Shown here piece by piece: positions 14,201 through 31,600 of a stretch of DNA of 64,000 bases. The first letter of the stretch is position 1. Each line of letters opens with the position of its first letter. This DNA is from Paragordius varius (lineage: Eukaryota; Animalia; Nematomorpha): positions 8,680,001-8,744,000 of the forward strand of contig OZ176055.1 in NCBI GenBank assembly GCA_964247055.1. The letters are read 5' to 3'. The translations under genes were made by a program, and so were the position numbers. Under the pieces are notes generated by a model that was not told where the DNA came from, made no database searches, and was given only the letters and a program-made list of their open reading frames with translations.

Positions 14201-16273
14201 TGATAATGGATTTGTTAGGTTTCATTTAAAAAATATTTGCTAGGTTCCAACATATGTTTCGTAAAAAGCAAATAAAAGTTAAATATTAGTAATTTAATGT
14301 TTCCCACCTAGTAATAAGGTGTTCTTGAAATATTTATTAAAAACAAAAAAAGAGATAAATATTAAAATAGATGTTTAATAAACAAGTTAGTAAAAAAGAA
14401 AGCATTAAAATGCTAAAACGCTAATCAAGACGCAATATTACATTTTTTTACATAATATATAAATAATATATTATATTTGCATAAATTAAACATCATGAAT
14501 TATGAAATAGCCTATGGGTAAATGTCTGTATTAATTATAAGAGCAGCGTATGATAAAAAAACAACAAATGGTTGCAATTAAACAATTTTCCCTATATTTC
14601 AACAGCAATTTTATTATAAAATATGGACAGACTATTTTTCATACCATGCGTTACTGTAATTAAATGAAAAAAAACGTCGAAATTTATCTATATATACCGT
14701 ATACAGTCAAGATAATGCTTCCAATTAACATAATGATAGTTTGAAGAGTATCGGTATATATGACAGCAGCCAATCCACCTTTACAAAAAAAAATAAAAAA
14801 GAGCTAAAAATCAAATAATTCAAGTAATAAATAGCTTTTTTGTGCATAAATAGGGACTACATACACATTTTTTTTAAAAACTTAAATTTAATAATATAAC
14901 CATCTATCATTGGTTGGTATAAAAAAATTTTTGTAAAAAAAATTATCCCCAAAAATTTTTTGTACCGTTTGTAACACACAATTTTGTACAAAAAATAATC
15001 AGTTTAAAGTATTCGCATAATCAACTCATAAAAATAATTCAGCTTCCAAAAATATGTAATTATAATACGTTTTTCAAAAATAAAAAATCTTACCTGTAAC
15101 CGTGCATAAACACGTTAGAAAGAGAATAAATAGGATAGATGGATAGAGATTCCAATGCAAACTTTGTTGTATGAATAAAGCACCGGCATACAAATTAACC
15201 TTAAATAAAAGCGGTTAAAAATTAAAACAAATCATCTTTAATAAATTTATACAGTATAAATGTTAAAATTATCAAAACAAAATATAAAAAGTAACTGACA
15301 AACATTGGGTATATAAAGAAGGCAAGAGTTATTTTTTAATGTTTTTATTTTGTGTGAAGTATATGATATATGGGTTACAATTTAAAAATATAGAAAGGCA
15401 TGTGTTGCCATTTTGAATTTATTTCTTTCGTATTTCGCAACGCCAAACGATAGGTTATATTGTTTAAAAAATATGGTTAGTTCTTTACAAAAATGGATAT
15501 GTGTCAATTACTTTTTACATTTTGTTTATATGATTTTAATTTTTACTGTATTATTTTTAGTATCCACTGTGATATATAAAACACCAGCTAAATATAGATA
15601 GATAGATAGATAGGAGGCCAAAACCAGGAAAGTTAGGCATAAAAATATGGAAAAAGCATTAGAAAAAATACCGAGATTTTCGTAAAAATGTATAAAAGCA
15701 TAGATAAACACGCTAAATAGGTTCGAATGCGCCTCCCTCCAAAACGTCGATTCATATATTCTGGTAAGGTACATACCTTAAATATAAAAATAAAAATTAG
15801 TTTAAAAAATAAAAATAGGTAACTAAAAAAATGTATAAAACTTTAATAACTTACTCCGCTTGCTATAAATACAGGTAGGAAGACCCATCCTAACATTTGT
15901 ATCAAAATACAGGCCTAGAAAATGTTAAAAAATAATTATCTTACATTGATTTCAAATGCACCAACTGATAAACCAGTACTTGCACCTGATCCAGCTAACC
16001 CAATGAAATGTTCACTTCCAATATTGCTGGCAAAGAGGGAAGCCCCGACCTAAATAAATTATAATTAACAATAAAATAAATACCGGTAGCCATGTCATAA
16101 GCCTTCCAGCCAAAAAATATCCACTTATAGTGCCACGATTGGCTCTGAATAAGCTCTATAAATATTATTAATAAAATTATTCTTACATAAAATCCAACTC
16201 CCAGCACAAGAATAAAGTAAAGAACAACTATAGCGATATCGCCAGTTTTTAAAAGTGAAACTGTTTCATTCAT
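2222..16273 (-). CDS. SLC5A3: Sodium/myo-inositol cotransporter (SLC5/SSS family, SMIT1-like), 18 exons, ~802 aa
   Basis: Exons (minus, transcript order): 16187-16273, 16084-16155, 15945-16049, 15855-15914, 15672-15776, 15094-15199, 14698-14778, 12712-12916, 12128-12195, 11489-11697, 9501-9636, 8420-8527, 7760-7910, 6411-6579, 4705-4952, 4045-4134, 3284-3468, 2222-2445. All GT-AG, phases consistent, total 2409 nt. Motifs: [76 protein letters not shown]. The SEHFIG and WPGFxxGQTxASxWYWCADQ forms are closest to SMIT1 among SLC5 members I recall. Confidence 0.93.
2551..2803. mobile_element. MITE family C copy (TIR TACAGTAAAAAYTGAAATTATACGGACAAAACGT)
   Basis: Inverted termini tacagtaaat.. / ..atttttactgta. 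Related copies at ~8597-8873, 17823-18104, 29103-29382, 32293-32589. Confidence 0.7.
4320..4685. repeat. Tandem duplication, ~190-bp unit, 2 copies (SLC5 intron)
   Basis: tttttactatttcgtc..catccatttctaaa..ccccaaattt..acaccatatattttt occurs twice. Confidence 0.75.
5065..6000. repeat. Degenerate tandem array, ~150-200-bp unit, ~6 copies (SLC5 intron)
   Basis: gcatatcataatttgtg..ggactaaaaaattatgtg..aaattaaatcatatacac motif starts near 5071, 5219, 5418, 5581, 5773, 5964. Confidence 0.75.
7272..7723. mobile_element. MITE family A copy (termini TATACCATTTACAATTCAAATTCACCC, 21-bp subterminal repeats)
   Basis: Inverted termini tataccattt.. / ..aaatggtata with 21-bp units TTGAACAATTCAAATTCACCC. Other copies at ~19864-20045, 21201-21457, 21895-22162, 24784-25136, 26552-26840, 28185-28539, 33786-34122, 34455-34743, 36703-37057, 54112-54412. 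Confidence 0.85.
8597..8873. mobile_element. MITE family C copy
   Basis: aaaattgaaattatacggacaaaacg.. / ..cttttgtccgtataatttcaaatttt inverted termini. Confidence 0.7.
10120..11480 (-). repeat. Tandem array of 7 copies of the SLC5 exon-10 3' end plus 5' splice site
   Basis: aacctgatcagcgcaccaataccaaatactagcggtcgtttgtccaaaaatga (reverse complement of [17 protein letters not shown]|GTT) recurs near 10129, 10313, 10561, 10740, 10958, 11168, 11349. The functional copy is at 11486. Confidence 0.9.
13028..13557. mobile_element. MITE family B copy (termini TATACCATTTGCACTTCAA, 21-bp repeats TTGAACACTTCAAGTTGGTCC)
   Basis: Inverted termini; second copy at 39116-39726. Confidence 0.8.
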
Positions 16274-16354
16274 AATAATGTAATTTGAAGCGAGCAATGA
16301 GATTGCAATTTTTTTGTCACACTAGGAACACATTTTCAACATGTTTCAAAAATC
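16274..16354. promoter_or_regulatory. Putative bidirectional promoter/5' UTR region, SLC5A3-like / KRR1
   Basis: Only 81 bp separate the two divergent ATGs (16273 minus, 16355 plus). Confidence 0.6.
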
Positions 16355-19600
<3,246 letters not shown>

Positions 19601-19863
19601 AAGAAGTCATCATTTATTATTATTATTATTATGCATTCTATGGCCAATATATATTTTATATGTGTCTTACATTTTTTTGACAAATAAAGAATAAATAAAA
19701 ATATAAATTTAATGATTGTGTTGTCTTTATATGAGTATATATATTCATATGGTTATGGAATTTTTTCATTTTTAATACAAAACAGCAAAACATAAAAAGA
19801 AAATATTATATAGGAAAACCATATATATTTTGATTAATTACATAAGTTTAATTGCAATTGTGA

Positions 19864-20045
19864 TATACCATTTACAATTCGAATTCACCCTAAAAATAAA
19901 TTATGTGTTTTCGGGCTAATATAACTTATTAATATGAAATAAATCTTTATGGCTTAGACTATTATAAAAAATATAAGTAATTTTTAATCTTAAAAAAAAT
20001 ATTTTAGGGTAGTTTAAATTGTTCGAGGGTGAATTACAATTGTGA
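19864..20045. mobile_element. MITE family A copy (short, between KRR1 and SLC6 3' ends)
   Basis: tataccatttacaattcgaattcaccct left terminus; degenerate right terminus. Confidence 0.7.
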
Positions 20046-20344
20046 TATATGATATTGAGTATATATAACCAATTTGCATCGCTATTCGATATTAAGCCAC
20101 TGAAAAAGTAGGTTTACCATTATATAGGTTTTTTATAAACAATCATTTTAATATCGTACTTTTTATGTTTTGTTTTTATAATTTAAGTTATATTCCTTAT
20201 AATATCATCCCATAATCAAACATTACTTCGTTGTTCTAGAAAAAAATCAAGGTATTTCTATGCCAAAACAATCATATAGTAAGTAGTCTTTACTTTTCAT
20301 AATTTGTCTTTAAATTATAAATAGTTATGTTATGTGTGCGTTTT

Positions 20345-23300
20345 TTAAATAATGGGTGTTTTAGGTTCCGTTCTTTCAAACCGTTGATAATCCCTCTTGG
20401 CTAAATTATAATCTTCGTTGGATAAATCATATTCTAACGGGTCTGCACCAGTAACATTGGCGTTGTTTTTACCATTTTCCATATTCATATTTATATTGTC
20501 ACCAGTTTTTTCTTCATTGACAGATGATGGGAAAGAAAAGCGTTGTTGAATTGAATCTCTATGCCTGAGTGGTGATTTTATACTAGCCAAAGTAAATCTG
20601 TGCCTATTAATCACACATAAGGATTAAGGAAAAGCTTATAAAATGTATATCGTCAGAATTAATAAAATGTAGTGTAATTATAAGGCGTATCTTAAAATCG
20701 ATATAGCCCATAATAGTGTGCTTGAAAAATTCAATAAAACCGTCGAGAAAAAGCATTAATCATGAGTAATAATAAATGTATGTGGTAATGAACAAATAAT
20801 TTGTAAAGACACAATCATACTTTTTATACCTTAATATTTTTATCAATAATTTAACGTTTTAGGTTGCAAAATTGATATATATATATATAGCGACGATATT
20901 AGTAACACTCTCAATTATAAAATTTAATTGTAATTTGCGTATTAAAAAAAAGTGAAAAAAATGGATGAAATTATAAAAAAAAGGTGTTTGGGTTTTTTTA
21001 ATTTTGTCAAACAATTTTAATTTTTACATCACAGAATGTTTGAGGCGCAAAACTCGAATTTTACTAGTCTAAATCTTTTTTTCGTAGCAAAAACAGTATG
21101 ACATCCAATAAAATAAAACTCTTAAAATATATTTTTTGTTATAAAATCACCTCTAATAAGATTAATTAAGATTCTAAAATATATGGTCAAAATTATTAAC
21201 TATACCATTTACAGTTCAAATTCACCCTTGAACAATTCTAATTCACCCTAAAATGCATTATGTGTTTTTTAAAAATAATTTTTTACATTTTTAAAAATTG
21301 AAATATTATTTAAAATAAAAATAATACTGAAAAACTAATATACCATGACATAAAGATATATTACATAAAAATGAGGAGTTATATTAGCCTAATAAATAAA
21401 TTATTTTCAGGGTGAATTTAAATCGTTCAAGGGTGAATTTGAATTGTAAATTGTATATATTTTTGTTATAACAATCACATCTTATAAATATATGGTTAAA
21501 AATATTTATTATATAGATTTTTAAGATTTATTTCATGCTAAAAAAATATTTTTGCAATATACTTCATTTCAGGAATGGCCATGTTTGAGAGTGCACTATC
21601 AGAAAAACCTGATTCAAACAGTGTACGCCTTCGAGAATTAGCCATAGCTTGGGGTGTTTCATACAAATTCTCTGATATATAAATTAGATTAATTTTATAT
21701 TTGGGTAAACATTTAACGTTATTAAGTTATTGAGCTATTTCCAACATTATAAAGTTTGTATTATAATAATTTAATACTGTGTTTGCAAAAATTTTTATTT
21801 AAAATATTTAAATATAATAACGCAAATAGGACAGCTAAAATAAAAACTGCCAAACAGTTATAGGATTAAGTATATATTTAAACATAAATATAATATAACA
21901 TTTACACCTAAAATTCACCCCTAAACATTATTTGCCCGTGACTATTTTAAATTTACCCTAAAATAAATTATGTGTCTTTAAGCTAATATAACTTATTACT
22001 AATATAAAATATTTCTTCAGACATAACTTATTATTATTCCTGTATTATGTTAATTCTAAATAGAATTTAATTTTTAGAAAATAATAAATTTTTCATATAT
22101 AAAAAATATAATTTATATTAGGGTTAATTTGAAATATTTAAGAGATGAGGTGTAAATGATATATTATATTCTAAAAAACAATCTTGGACGGACCATTATT
22201 TTTTATATGTTAATTTTTACATATAGGCTCAATTCTCAATTCAAAATCCCAATTAAAAAATTATACCATTTTCAAAAGTATCATTAATTTGTCGTCCAAA
22301 AACAAAATTTTGCATCATGTGTGATGGTGTTGGTTCTAATACATCAGTTCTTGAAACTTTTCGACTTTTTCTATTATTAGGCAATTCATTATTTGGGTAA
22401 TTCGATTGGCTTGGTCCCATATACCTAATCCCAGGTTCCGAAACTTTATAATACCTTTGTTGTGGAATGTTGTCATTTCGTTTAACCGATAAATCGTCTA
22501 CAGTTTCACGCGATGGATAAAAATTTGGATATCTCCTATTGCGTGGTAACATTGTTTCGCTTTGATTGGTTACCAGGGGTAGGGTGTTCTTAATTTTATA
22601 TAAATTAAAAATGGTATATTGTAGTTTTTTTAAAAATAATAGTTGGGTGGGTTTTTGACAAAAATAAAAAAATGATAATTGGTCTGACCCGTTTATGAAT
22701 GTTGTTTATTACGGTCTTATAACCAAGTCAACTAATAAAAGATGATCGATTATAAGTTTTGTAAATATTTTGTAAATACACACAACCATGAGCAAAAACA
22801 TTAACCGATTAAATGGGATTATAGGCTAATTAATAACAAATTTTTTCACTTAATTTTATTTTACAATAATTTTATTATATAACATGTCATGTAAATTATG
22901 TTCGCCCTTATTTGACTAGTTATTTTTGAAAACGGTCCAAGTAATGTATACACCATATAAGCGATTAGGCACATCCCAAGTCTACTAAATGGCAGTTATA
23001 GCATAAAATATTCACTTAATTTCAAACTAAATCTCACTGATTTAGTGATTATACATTGAAGAAAAAATCTAAAAATTAACTGATGTGTTTTTTAAAATAC
23101 CATTAATTTTAAATTTACTTACATAAAATAATAGTATTCTTGAAAATACCATACTTACGCAAAATAAAATAAAGGTATGATATACCGAAGTAGGTGTTTT
23201 ATGTTCAGCCAACGTTTCTGCTGCGAAATTTGAATAAATGTTAGGCAAGAGAATCATGTTTGAAGGAATATCAATATCCAAAGGCTGTAAAAAGGTATAG

Positions 23301-25610
23301 ACCCCAGGCTCATCAATTTTTGTCATCATATCTTTTGGTAGTTCCATAAAAACGACTTCTTTGTAACCTGTAAAAGAGCGCAGATTTTATAAACTTAACT
23401 TTAACATTTCAATTTTATTTATAAAAAGTGACGGCGTGGCATAATTAAAAATTAGGTAAAAATTGATAAAAAAAAATATGAAATTTGATTGTAGGTTTTC
23501 CATTTTTTAAATATTTTAAATCTGAACACTGTTTCAATGTATAAAAATATGTAAATTTATTAATGTCATATTATTAGTATTAATACTGAACACTTTCGGA
23601 CAAACATAAAGTGTTGTTCGTCTAACACAGTTTAAATTATTTTATCTGACACACATTTTAATTAATTTTTACAAATTTGTTTACCATTCCCATGTCGAGA
23701 ATAAATCATATATTTAAGATGCTTTTTTCGCAAAATATTATTTTTTAATAAAATTTATTTATGATTTATTGAAAAAAAATAAGGGATAGTAATTTTCATT
23801 AAAAATTAAATATATTATATAATTTTATTGATATAATAACATTTTTTATCATGTTATTTGGTAAATCCATAAAAACCACTACTATTTGTCCTTCAAAAAA
23901 CTCGAATTATTATTAAAAACTTTCAAGATAACTAAGCAAGGTGAAATTATAAATTTAAAAATTTATTAAATATAAGTTAGCTAGCCCCTATAATGACGCC
24001 AATAGTCAGTATATAATACATGGTTTAAAAAATAAAGTTATATAACTCAAAAAGTATAACTTGACTTAAAAATTGGAAAATTACATCAAACGCTGCTATT
24101 TTACAAAGCTTATCATTATGAAGAACTTATAGTAATTTTTCAGTGCATTACGATGTTTTTTTTACTCAAAATAAATTGATAAATTTTAATTATTATATTA
24201 CCATCAAACAAGGAGTATTTTCGTGAAGGTTTAATTTTAATAGCGCCAACATCTTCGATATTCTTTAATTTATCACCACTTTTGCCAGTCGGTGCATTCG
24301 GATTTATGAACAATAAATCCTTGATGCTTAAACTTGTCGATCCTAAATATAAAACAAATTATCAACAAAAAACAATCAATTATTTTAGATTTTTTGAAAA
24401 ATATAATTAAAAATAGAAAGAGAGATTTCCAATTGAGTATAAACTAAATTTACCCATTAATTTACAGAAATTTTAAACAAAAAAAATAACAATTAAAAAA
24501 CAAAACTACTAAATGTAAAACAAATATTTTTGAATAAAATATATTGAATAGATATATGTAAATTGGCAGTATATTTAATTTTATATTTAGGTATTGATTA
24601 AGAAGAAATAATTTTAATTTCGCCCACCGAAACTTTCGTAAATTATCATGAATCATTTCAAAGTTTCAAAATAAAATTTCCTTTTTTCCAAATATATAAT
24701 TTTAAGTTTTTGCTGTAAATTCCCAGTAATTATCAATCAACTTTTCGTATATTAAACAAAATAAACTCTGCAAAAAGAGTTAATATACCATTTACAGTTT
24801 AATTTTACCCTTGAACAATTCAAATTCACCCTTGACCAATTCTAATTCACCTTCGAACAATTCAAATTCCCCCTAATATTAATTATGTATTTTTGAGACT
24901 AAAAATAACCTATATTTTTTTATATTTTTAATAAAAGAAAATTTGTATGTAATCAAAATAATGCTGAATAAATAATAAACATTCTCATAAAAAAATATTT
25001 AATTTTAATGATGAATTATATTAGACCGAAATTTTATAATTCATTTTTAGGGTAAATTTGAATTGTTTAAGGGTAAATTTTGAATTGTTCAAGGGTGAAT
25101 TTGAATTAAGGGTGAATTCGAATTGTAAATGGTATATATTTTACCAGATTGATTGACTAAATCAATGATTTCACGAGCTTTTTTATGGACGGCTTTATTT
25201 AGGATTTGATGATTTGAGCGTTGGATTCGAAAGGCAATTTGTTGAAGTAATTGATGATTTTCCGTATAGGGTCCCCATTGCGAGGTGGGACTTATACATT
25301 TTATAAGACGCTACACCACATACATATAGTGCAAAAAAATTATTTTTTTAACATATTATAAAAATGTTGCCTAAAACAATAAATTTAATATAATTTTTAT
25401 TATTGATTGAATTTTGATAATAATATTTTAATTCATATTATATATTATAGATTTTTAAGTATAAATTAGGATAGCTAATAATAAAACCTGATATTAAAAA
25501 ACCATATGTAAAGAATTAAATTATTATTTAAAATAATTTAAAAAATAAAAATGCATAGAACAATTGATGTACTAAATAACTTTTATTTGTGTTTTACTCA
25601 TAAAACTAAA

Positions 25611-25661
<51 letters not shown>

Positions 25662-28600
25662 TATATCGATGTGTGTGTGTATATATTTTAGTATTAAATT
25701 AAGATTAATAATAAAATAATCCGATTATCAAAAAAACAATATAAAATTAGTTTTTATTATTTATAAAAAAAACTGATAATATAAACCGTTGCATAAGACT
25801 TCAAATTTTAACACCGATGATTAACCTTAAAACTAATTTTCTTTAAAATAGATCGCATTTCGAATCAATTTCAATTTAATATGACATTTAATACATTAAG
25901 TAATAATATATTATTAAAAATATTTCTATTTCTAATAATTATAAAAAGTAAAATAAAAAATTTCAAAACCAGAAAACGATCTAAAAAATCAATTTTAGCC
26001 ATACCTCTTTAAGCATTTCAAATTTGGTTTTAGTTAGAAGGTTGGTTGGTTCCTTCTTAGTTCCCAGGCGATTACGTGATTTATTAAAGAATAGCTTTGA
26101 GGATGGTTTATTGGTGGTTATTTGATCCAACTCTGTTGTATTGTTGGCATCAGTAGGGTCATCATCATCATTCAAAAAATGGGCATGATGATGAGATTGC
26201 TGTCCTTTAACAACCTTGGCATAATTTTCGTTTTTTAATTTTGCGACACTCTCAAGTATTATGTCACCGTGTAGGGATGAACGATTTTGTGAAAGGTTTC
26301 GCGTAGTTCTATTGCCAACATCATCTAATGGGGGAAAAAATGTAGTTTTTGTTAAAGAATTGGCTTATATTATATTGGAAATATTGAAATTTCAAAAATT
26401 AAATCATTAGATTTTTTAAAAAATCTAAAATGTGTTAGTGGTTTAATTTTTGCAAATTCCTCATTCTTTGCAACATTTAATTCAACGTTAAAACCTTATT
26501 AATATTTGATTGAATTTTGAATTCTATTTTGATTCTCATGATGAAAATATAATACCATTTACAATTCAAATTCACCATTTTACAATTCAAATATACCCTC
26601 AAATAAATTGTATGTTTTATTTAGATTAAAATTTACCTATTTTTTTATATATTTTTAAAAAATAAATGTTTTAAACTAAAATAATACTGAAAAAATAATA
26701 AATTATGTCATAAAGATATATTTCATATCAATAATGAATTATATTATTTCGAAAACACATAATTTTTATTTAGGGTGAATTTGAATTGTTTGAGGAGGAT
26801 TTAAATTGTTAAAGGGTGAATTTGAACTGTAAATGGTATATCTTTTGGGGTATTTTAGAATTTATGTGTAAATTTATATGAGGCTAACTTATAAATTGTA
26901 TCTAAAATCAAAATATATATTTTTCAAATAAACACCATAACACTAAAATAAAAACTGGTATTTGACCAAAAAAATGACAATTTTTACCCAAATTAGTTAT
27001 ATATACCTTTAAAACTACCTAAAATGGTTTTTCAAAAAAAAATTTCTTTGCTAAATATAATTATTTCTAAACATCATACTATTTGGTGGTAACGGATGAA
27101 TACTGTTTGAGTTTAGAGATCGGGTTGATTTTCCCCCCACAAACTTTTTACCACAACACAATGCATTTTGCAAACATGTAGCTATTCGTTGAAACCATGT
27201 TTGACACCAATGTTTATAATTATGTTTGGTTTTAGGGGTAGATTTAATCAATTTATTATTTTCTTGATTATACCTATCAAAATTTAAAATATTTAAATTA
27301 TAAATAATGTCTGCCATTGGAAAAAAGATTTTATATAAAATTGTTTTACTTTTGCCGTATTTATATGAGATTTAAAAACAGAAATATGAAAAAATTAGTA
27401 CTTAACAAACAACAATTTAAGTTTGCATTCAAGACTAATTTTAACAAACATATATATTTGAATAAAAAAAGATAAGGTTTATAAAGGTATACAGTAAATT
27501 AAATAAGTAAAAAAATAAAATACGAAAATAATAGGGACAGTTGACCCATCAAACTTAAATTTAAGAGTATTTTGAAATATTATAAGGAACCAAAATCAAT
27601 AAAAAAAATTCAATATTCATTTTTTAAACATATTTTTAATGAAATATTTATAAACTATAACATTAAATTTAAAATGTATAATAAAAAATATATAAATAAA
27701 ATTTATATTTTACCCTTGAAATAAGGACGGTTCAATCGTAAGGAAATAATATATAAAGTAAAATATGATGATTAGAATAGGGAGGATTGATAGGATCCAA
27801 GCAGCTATATTGACTAATTTGGAGAATTGTGATCCCCTTATAACTATCAAATCTCTGAAAAACATTAAAATATTTATATACAATTAAATTTTTAAAAATT
27901 TTCAATTTTAAATTATTAAAAATAATTGAATTCTTCAAGTTTTTCTCATTTAAAAAACAGGTATATAGAAAATTTATTTGTCAAAATCCATATATTATAG
28001 TATACGATTAAAAATCACCTGAAAAAAAACTTTATAAAAAAATAATGTTATAATTTTTTATATCAAAACTACCAAAAATCATGTTAAATTACTGGACAAA
28101 TTTTTTAGCTCTAAAAAAATTAATATAATAAAAAAATCATTTTAACCGCCCACAAGGCCCCTACTAAGTTTTCAAATAATTACTATGTACAATTCAAATT
28201 CACCCTCGAACGATTTAAATTCACCCTTGAACAATTCAAATTCCCCCTCGAACGATTCAAATTCACCCGCAGATAAATTATATGTTTTTTAAGATTGAAT
28301 ATTACCTCTATTATGTAATTTTAAAAATAAAATTTTGTACTAAATTAAAATAATACTGAAAAAATAATAAATTATGCCATAAAGGTATATTTTATATTAA
28401 TGAGAAGTTAGTTATATTAGTTGGAAAACACATAATTTATTTTTAGGGTGAGTTTGAATTGTTCAAGGGTGAATTTAAATCGTTCAAGGAAGGGTGAATT
28501 TGAATTGTTCAAGGGTGAATTTGAACTGTAAATGGTATATTATATATATTTATATCATTTTTAACGTTTTTAGATATCATTTTTTTTAGAAAGAAAGAAT

Positions 28601-31600
28601 TAGTAAAACTAAAACTAATAACCTGTTATCAAGGATTGATACAATGAGTATAATAAGTAGGACCAGGGGTGTTATATAACTCCAAAAAATGTACCATATC
28701 GGTCTCAAAGGATGCCTCAGTATTATACGTATATCAAGGAGTAAATGATTAGCTCCATATATCCAAGCCACTATAATACATTCCAGAATTCCAATTACGA
28801 TGAGGGACCAAGCTGTAGATTCGAAATCGATGAATTCAATGAATTGAATCCCAAACTTTTGTAGATATAAAAAAAATTTGAATATAAAGTAATTAACTTT
28901 GGTTAATTTAAGACAAAAAAAGTTGATAAAATTAAAAAAATTTAATATAATGTTGGTGTTTTTAAGATTTAAGAGTAGTTATTATTAATTGGACATAGAA
29001 AAAATTACATTACAAATTGACAAATCCTAATATTACACCAATTTTTCGTCATAAATATATATATGCTTACTAAAACTGGTAAGTATGTATATTCAAATTT
29101 CTTACAGTAAAAAATAATTATAAGGACAAAACGTAAATATTTAAAGACAAATATTTTTTTCAAAAGACAACAACCATACATTTTCAAACCTTAATCTTTA
29201 TATATACTATTTAATTACAATTGTATTATATAGATTTGATTGTGTTAGTAATATATATCTCTATATCCCACTTTGTCATTTTAAACAATAAATTTTAAAA
29301 AAATCAAGAATAAAAAAATATGTTCGGAAAAAAAATATTTCTTATTTTACGTTTTGTCCGTATCATTTTAATTTTTACTCTAAAATTAAAAATTAAATTT
29401 AACCCAAAAAATTTTTTAATTTTGTTGGGTTCTCACTTTTAGAATTATAGAATTTAAAATATTGGTTTTAATGAAAAGTTGTATTATAAAAAAAGCTTTA
29501 AAAACAAATAATAAACTTATATTTATTTTTATTAAAACACTCAGAAAAACTTTTTAACAGCTATATAAATGTCCTTTTATTTTTTTTATAATTTATTAAC
29601 CACTGGCTAAAAATGTTTAAAACATAAAAAAATTAAAATAAATATCATTAATCAAGAAAATCGAAATTATTAAATCTAACATTTAAGGTACCTTAGAAGC
29701 AAAAACTAAGCCAGTAAGGAACAAAACTATTGACGTGCAAAATATAATCCTAAGCGGTTTTTGAAAATGAGGTATCCTTTCATCCATGATAGAGGTTATT
29801 AGGGTTTTCACACAAAATATTTGACTGTTAATGCCTAATTGAGTTATCGTAGCAAACACTAAAAAACCCCAAAGCGGTGATATGGGAAACGTGGTTGATA
29901 TGATAGGATACATTGCAAATATGAAACTAGGATCTAATAAAGGTATAAAAGATGTTCTTTGCCATTTTATAATTTTATAATTTAGCTCTCTATCTGAAAA
30001 AAAAGAATAAGGTTAAAAATATATTATATATATATATATATGTTAAAAAACTAAACTAGAGTAAAATATTCAAATAATTATAAAAAGATTTTTATAAATG
30101 TTCTATGCCAAAAAATAGTGCTTAAACATATGTTGAGATTTGTATACAATTTATAAAAGAACAAACCATATTTGAAAGATTATATAATAGCTAAAAAAGT
30201 ATGATGGCTTATAAAATCTAACATCCAAAATATTTTAAAAATAAAAAATAATCAATGATACGACAGAAAATTTACATCTTTGAATGTTACTATTTTATTA
30301 TTTATACAATATTAAATAGTAAATACATATGCAAAAAAAAGTTAGTTTCAAAACTTTTTGAAATTCCTTCCAACCCATAATTAAAAGAAAATTGAATTGT
30401 AACTTAATCGAAATTAAACATGACAAGCGTCCTTTAAGACATTATATGCGACCCGCAAAAAATTGGAAAATCCATTATTTGCAACAGTATGCTCATAAAA
30501 TCTTAGTAAAATTGATATTTCTTGTAAAAAAATTAAACGTAAGTCTATCCAAAACGGCGAGAACTAGAAAATATTGTTATATTGTGTTTGCGTATTAGCC
30601 TTAGTTTTGAAATATACTAAAGAATGATATATATATATATATATATATATATTTAAGCGAATAATGATGAACAATTCCTATTAATCTCAAAATGTATCCA
30701 GATCCGTAGACTTGGCTACTACGGTCACATCCAAGATAACGATAATTGGATAAAAAAATAACGCTTTTCAAGCCAAACAGGCAAAACAGAGTTCGTTTCC
30801 AGCAATAATATGGGACAATTAACATTATCCAAGATCTCTACAGGCTAAAAACCTAAAAGTCGGGGACTGGTTAAACAAAAAATCCTTCAATGCAATGATG
30901 AAACCAACAAATAAACCCCTCACAACAGGATTTCCAAGGGAACCCTTGACAACAGCCATCTATCTATATATCAATCAATCTATAAATACCCATTCATATA
31001 TCTCAAAATGCGATCAAAGAAACAATCTGCGTTGTATAATACCGCTTCCAAATTTTAAATTATAAAACGGCAAGATACTCACATTCTTAAAACTATGAAA
31101 AATTACTCGGTTGAACTACCAGCGAAATCCGGCCGACCTTATACCACATGGCTCAACACAATAACTAAAGACCTCGAATCGCTTAATTTAAATCTAAAAT
31201 TAGGCAAATCAAGAGAAGATTGGAAAAAACGGGTGTACCGTCATTTAATGGCGAATCCCCATACAAATGAATGATGATGATGAAATCAAACTTTTTACAC
31301 AAAATGTTAACTTAACTTTTAATTAGCCAAATATATTAATAAATTAACCTTTAGGAGCAACTTCATCGAAAGGGATACACGTGTTAAGGGATACATAGGC
31401 CACCATTCCGAAACTTATAATACCAACAATCAGGGCAGCTAAAACATTAACGCATGGGACTATGAGGACATCCCTCAACAAATTATTGAAGAAAGAATTA
31501 TGACTAGCCATCATAATGATAGGACCCCAGCCCACAAAGTTGGAGAAAAAGCATTGAACAGCTGCATCGTGCCAAACCTACATCATAGATTTTATACAAT

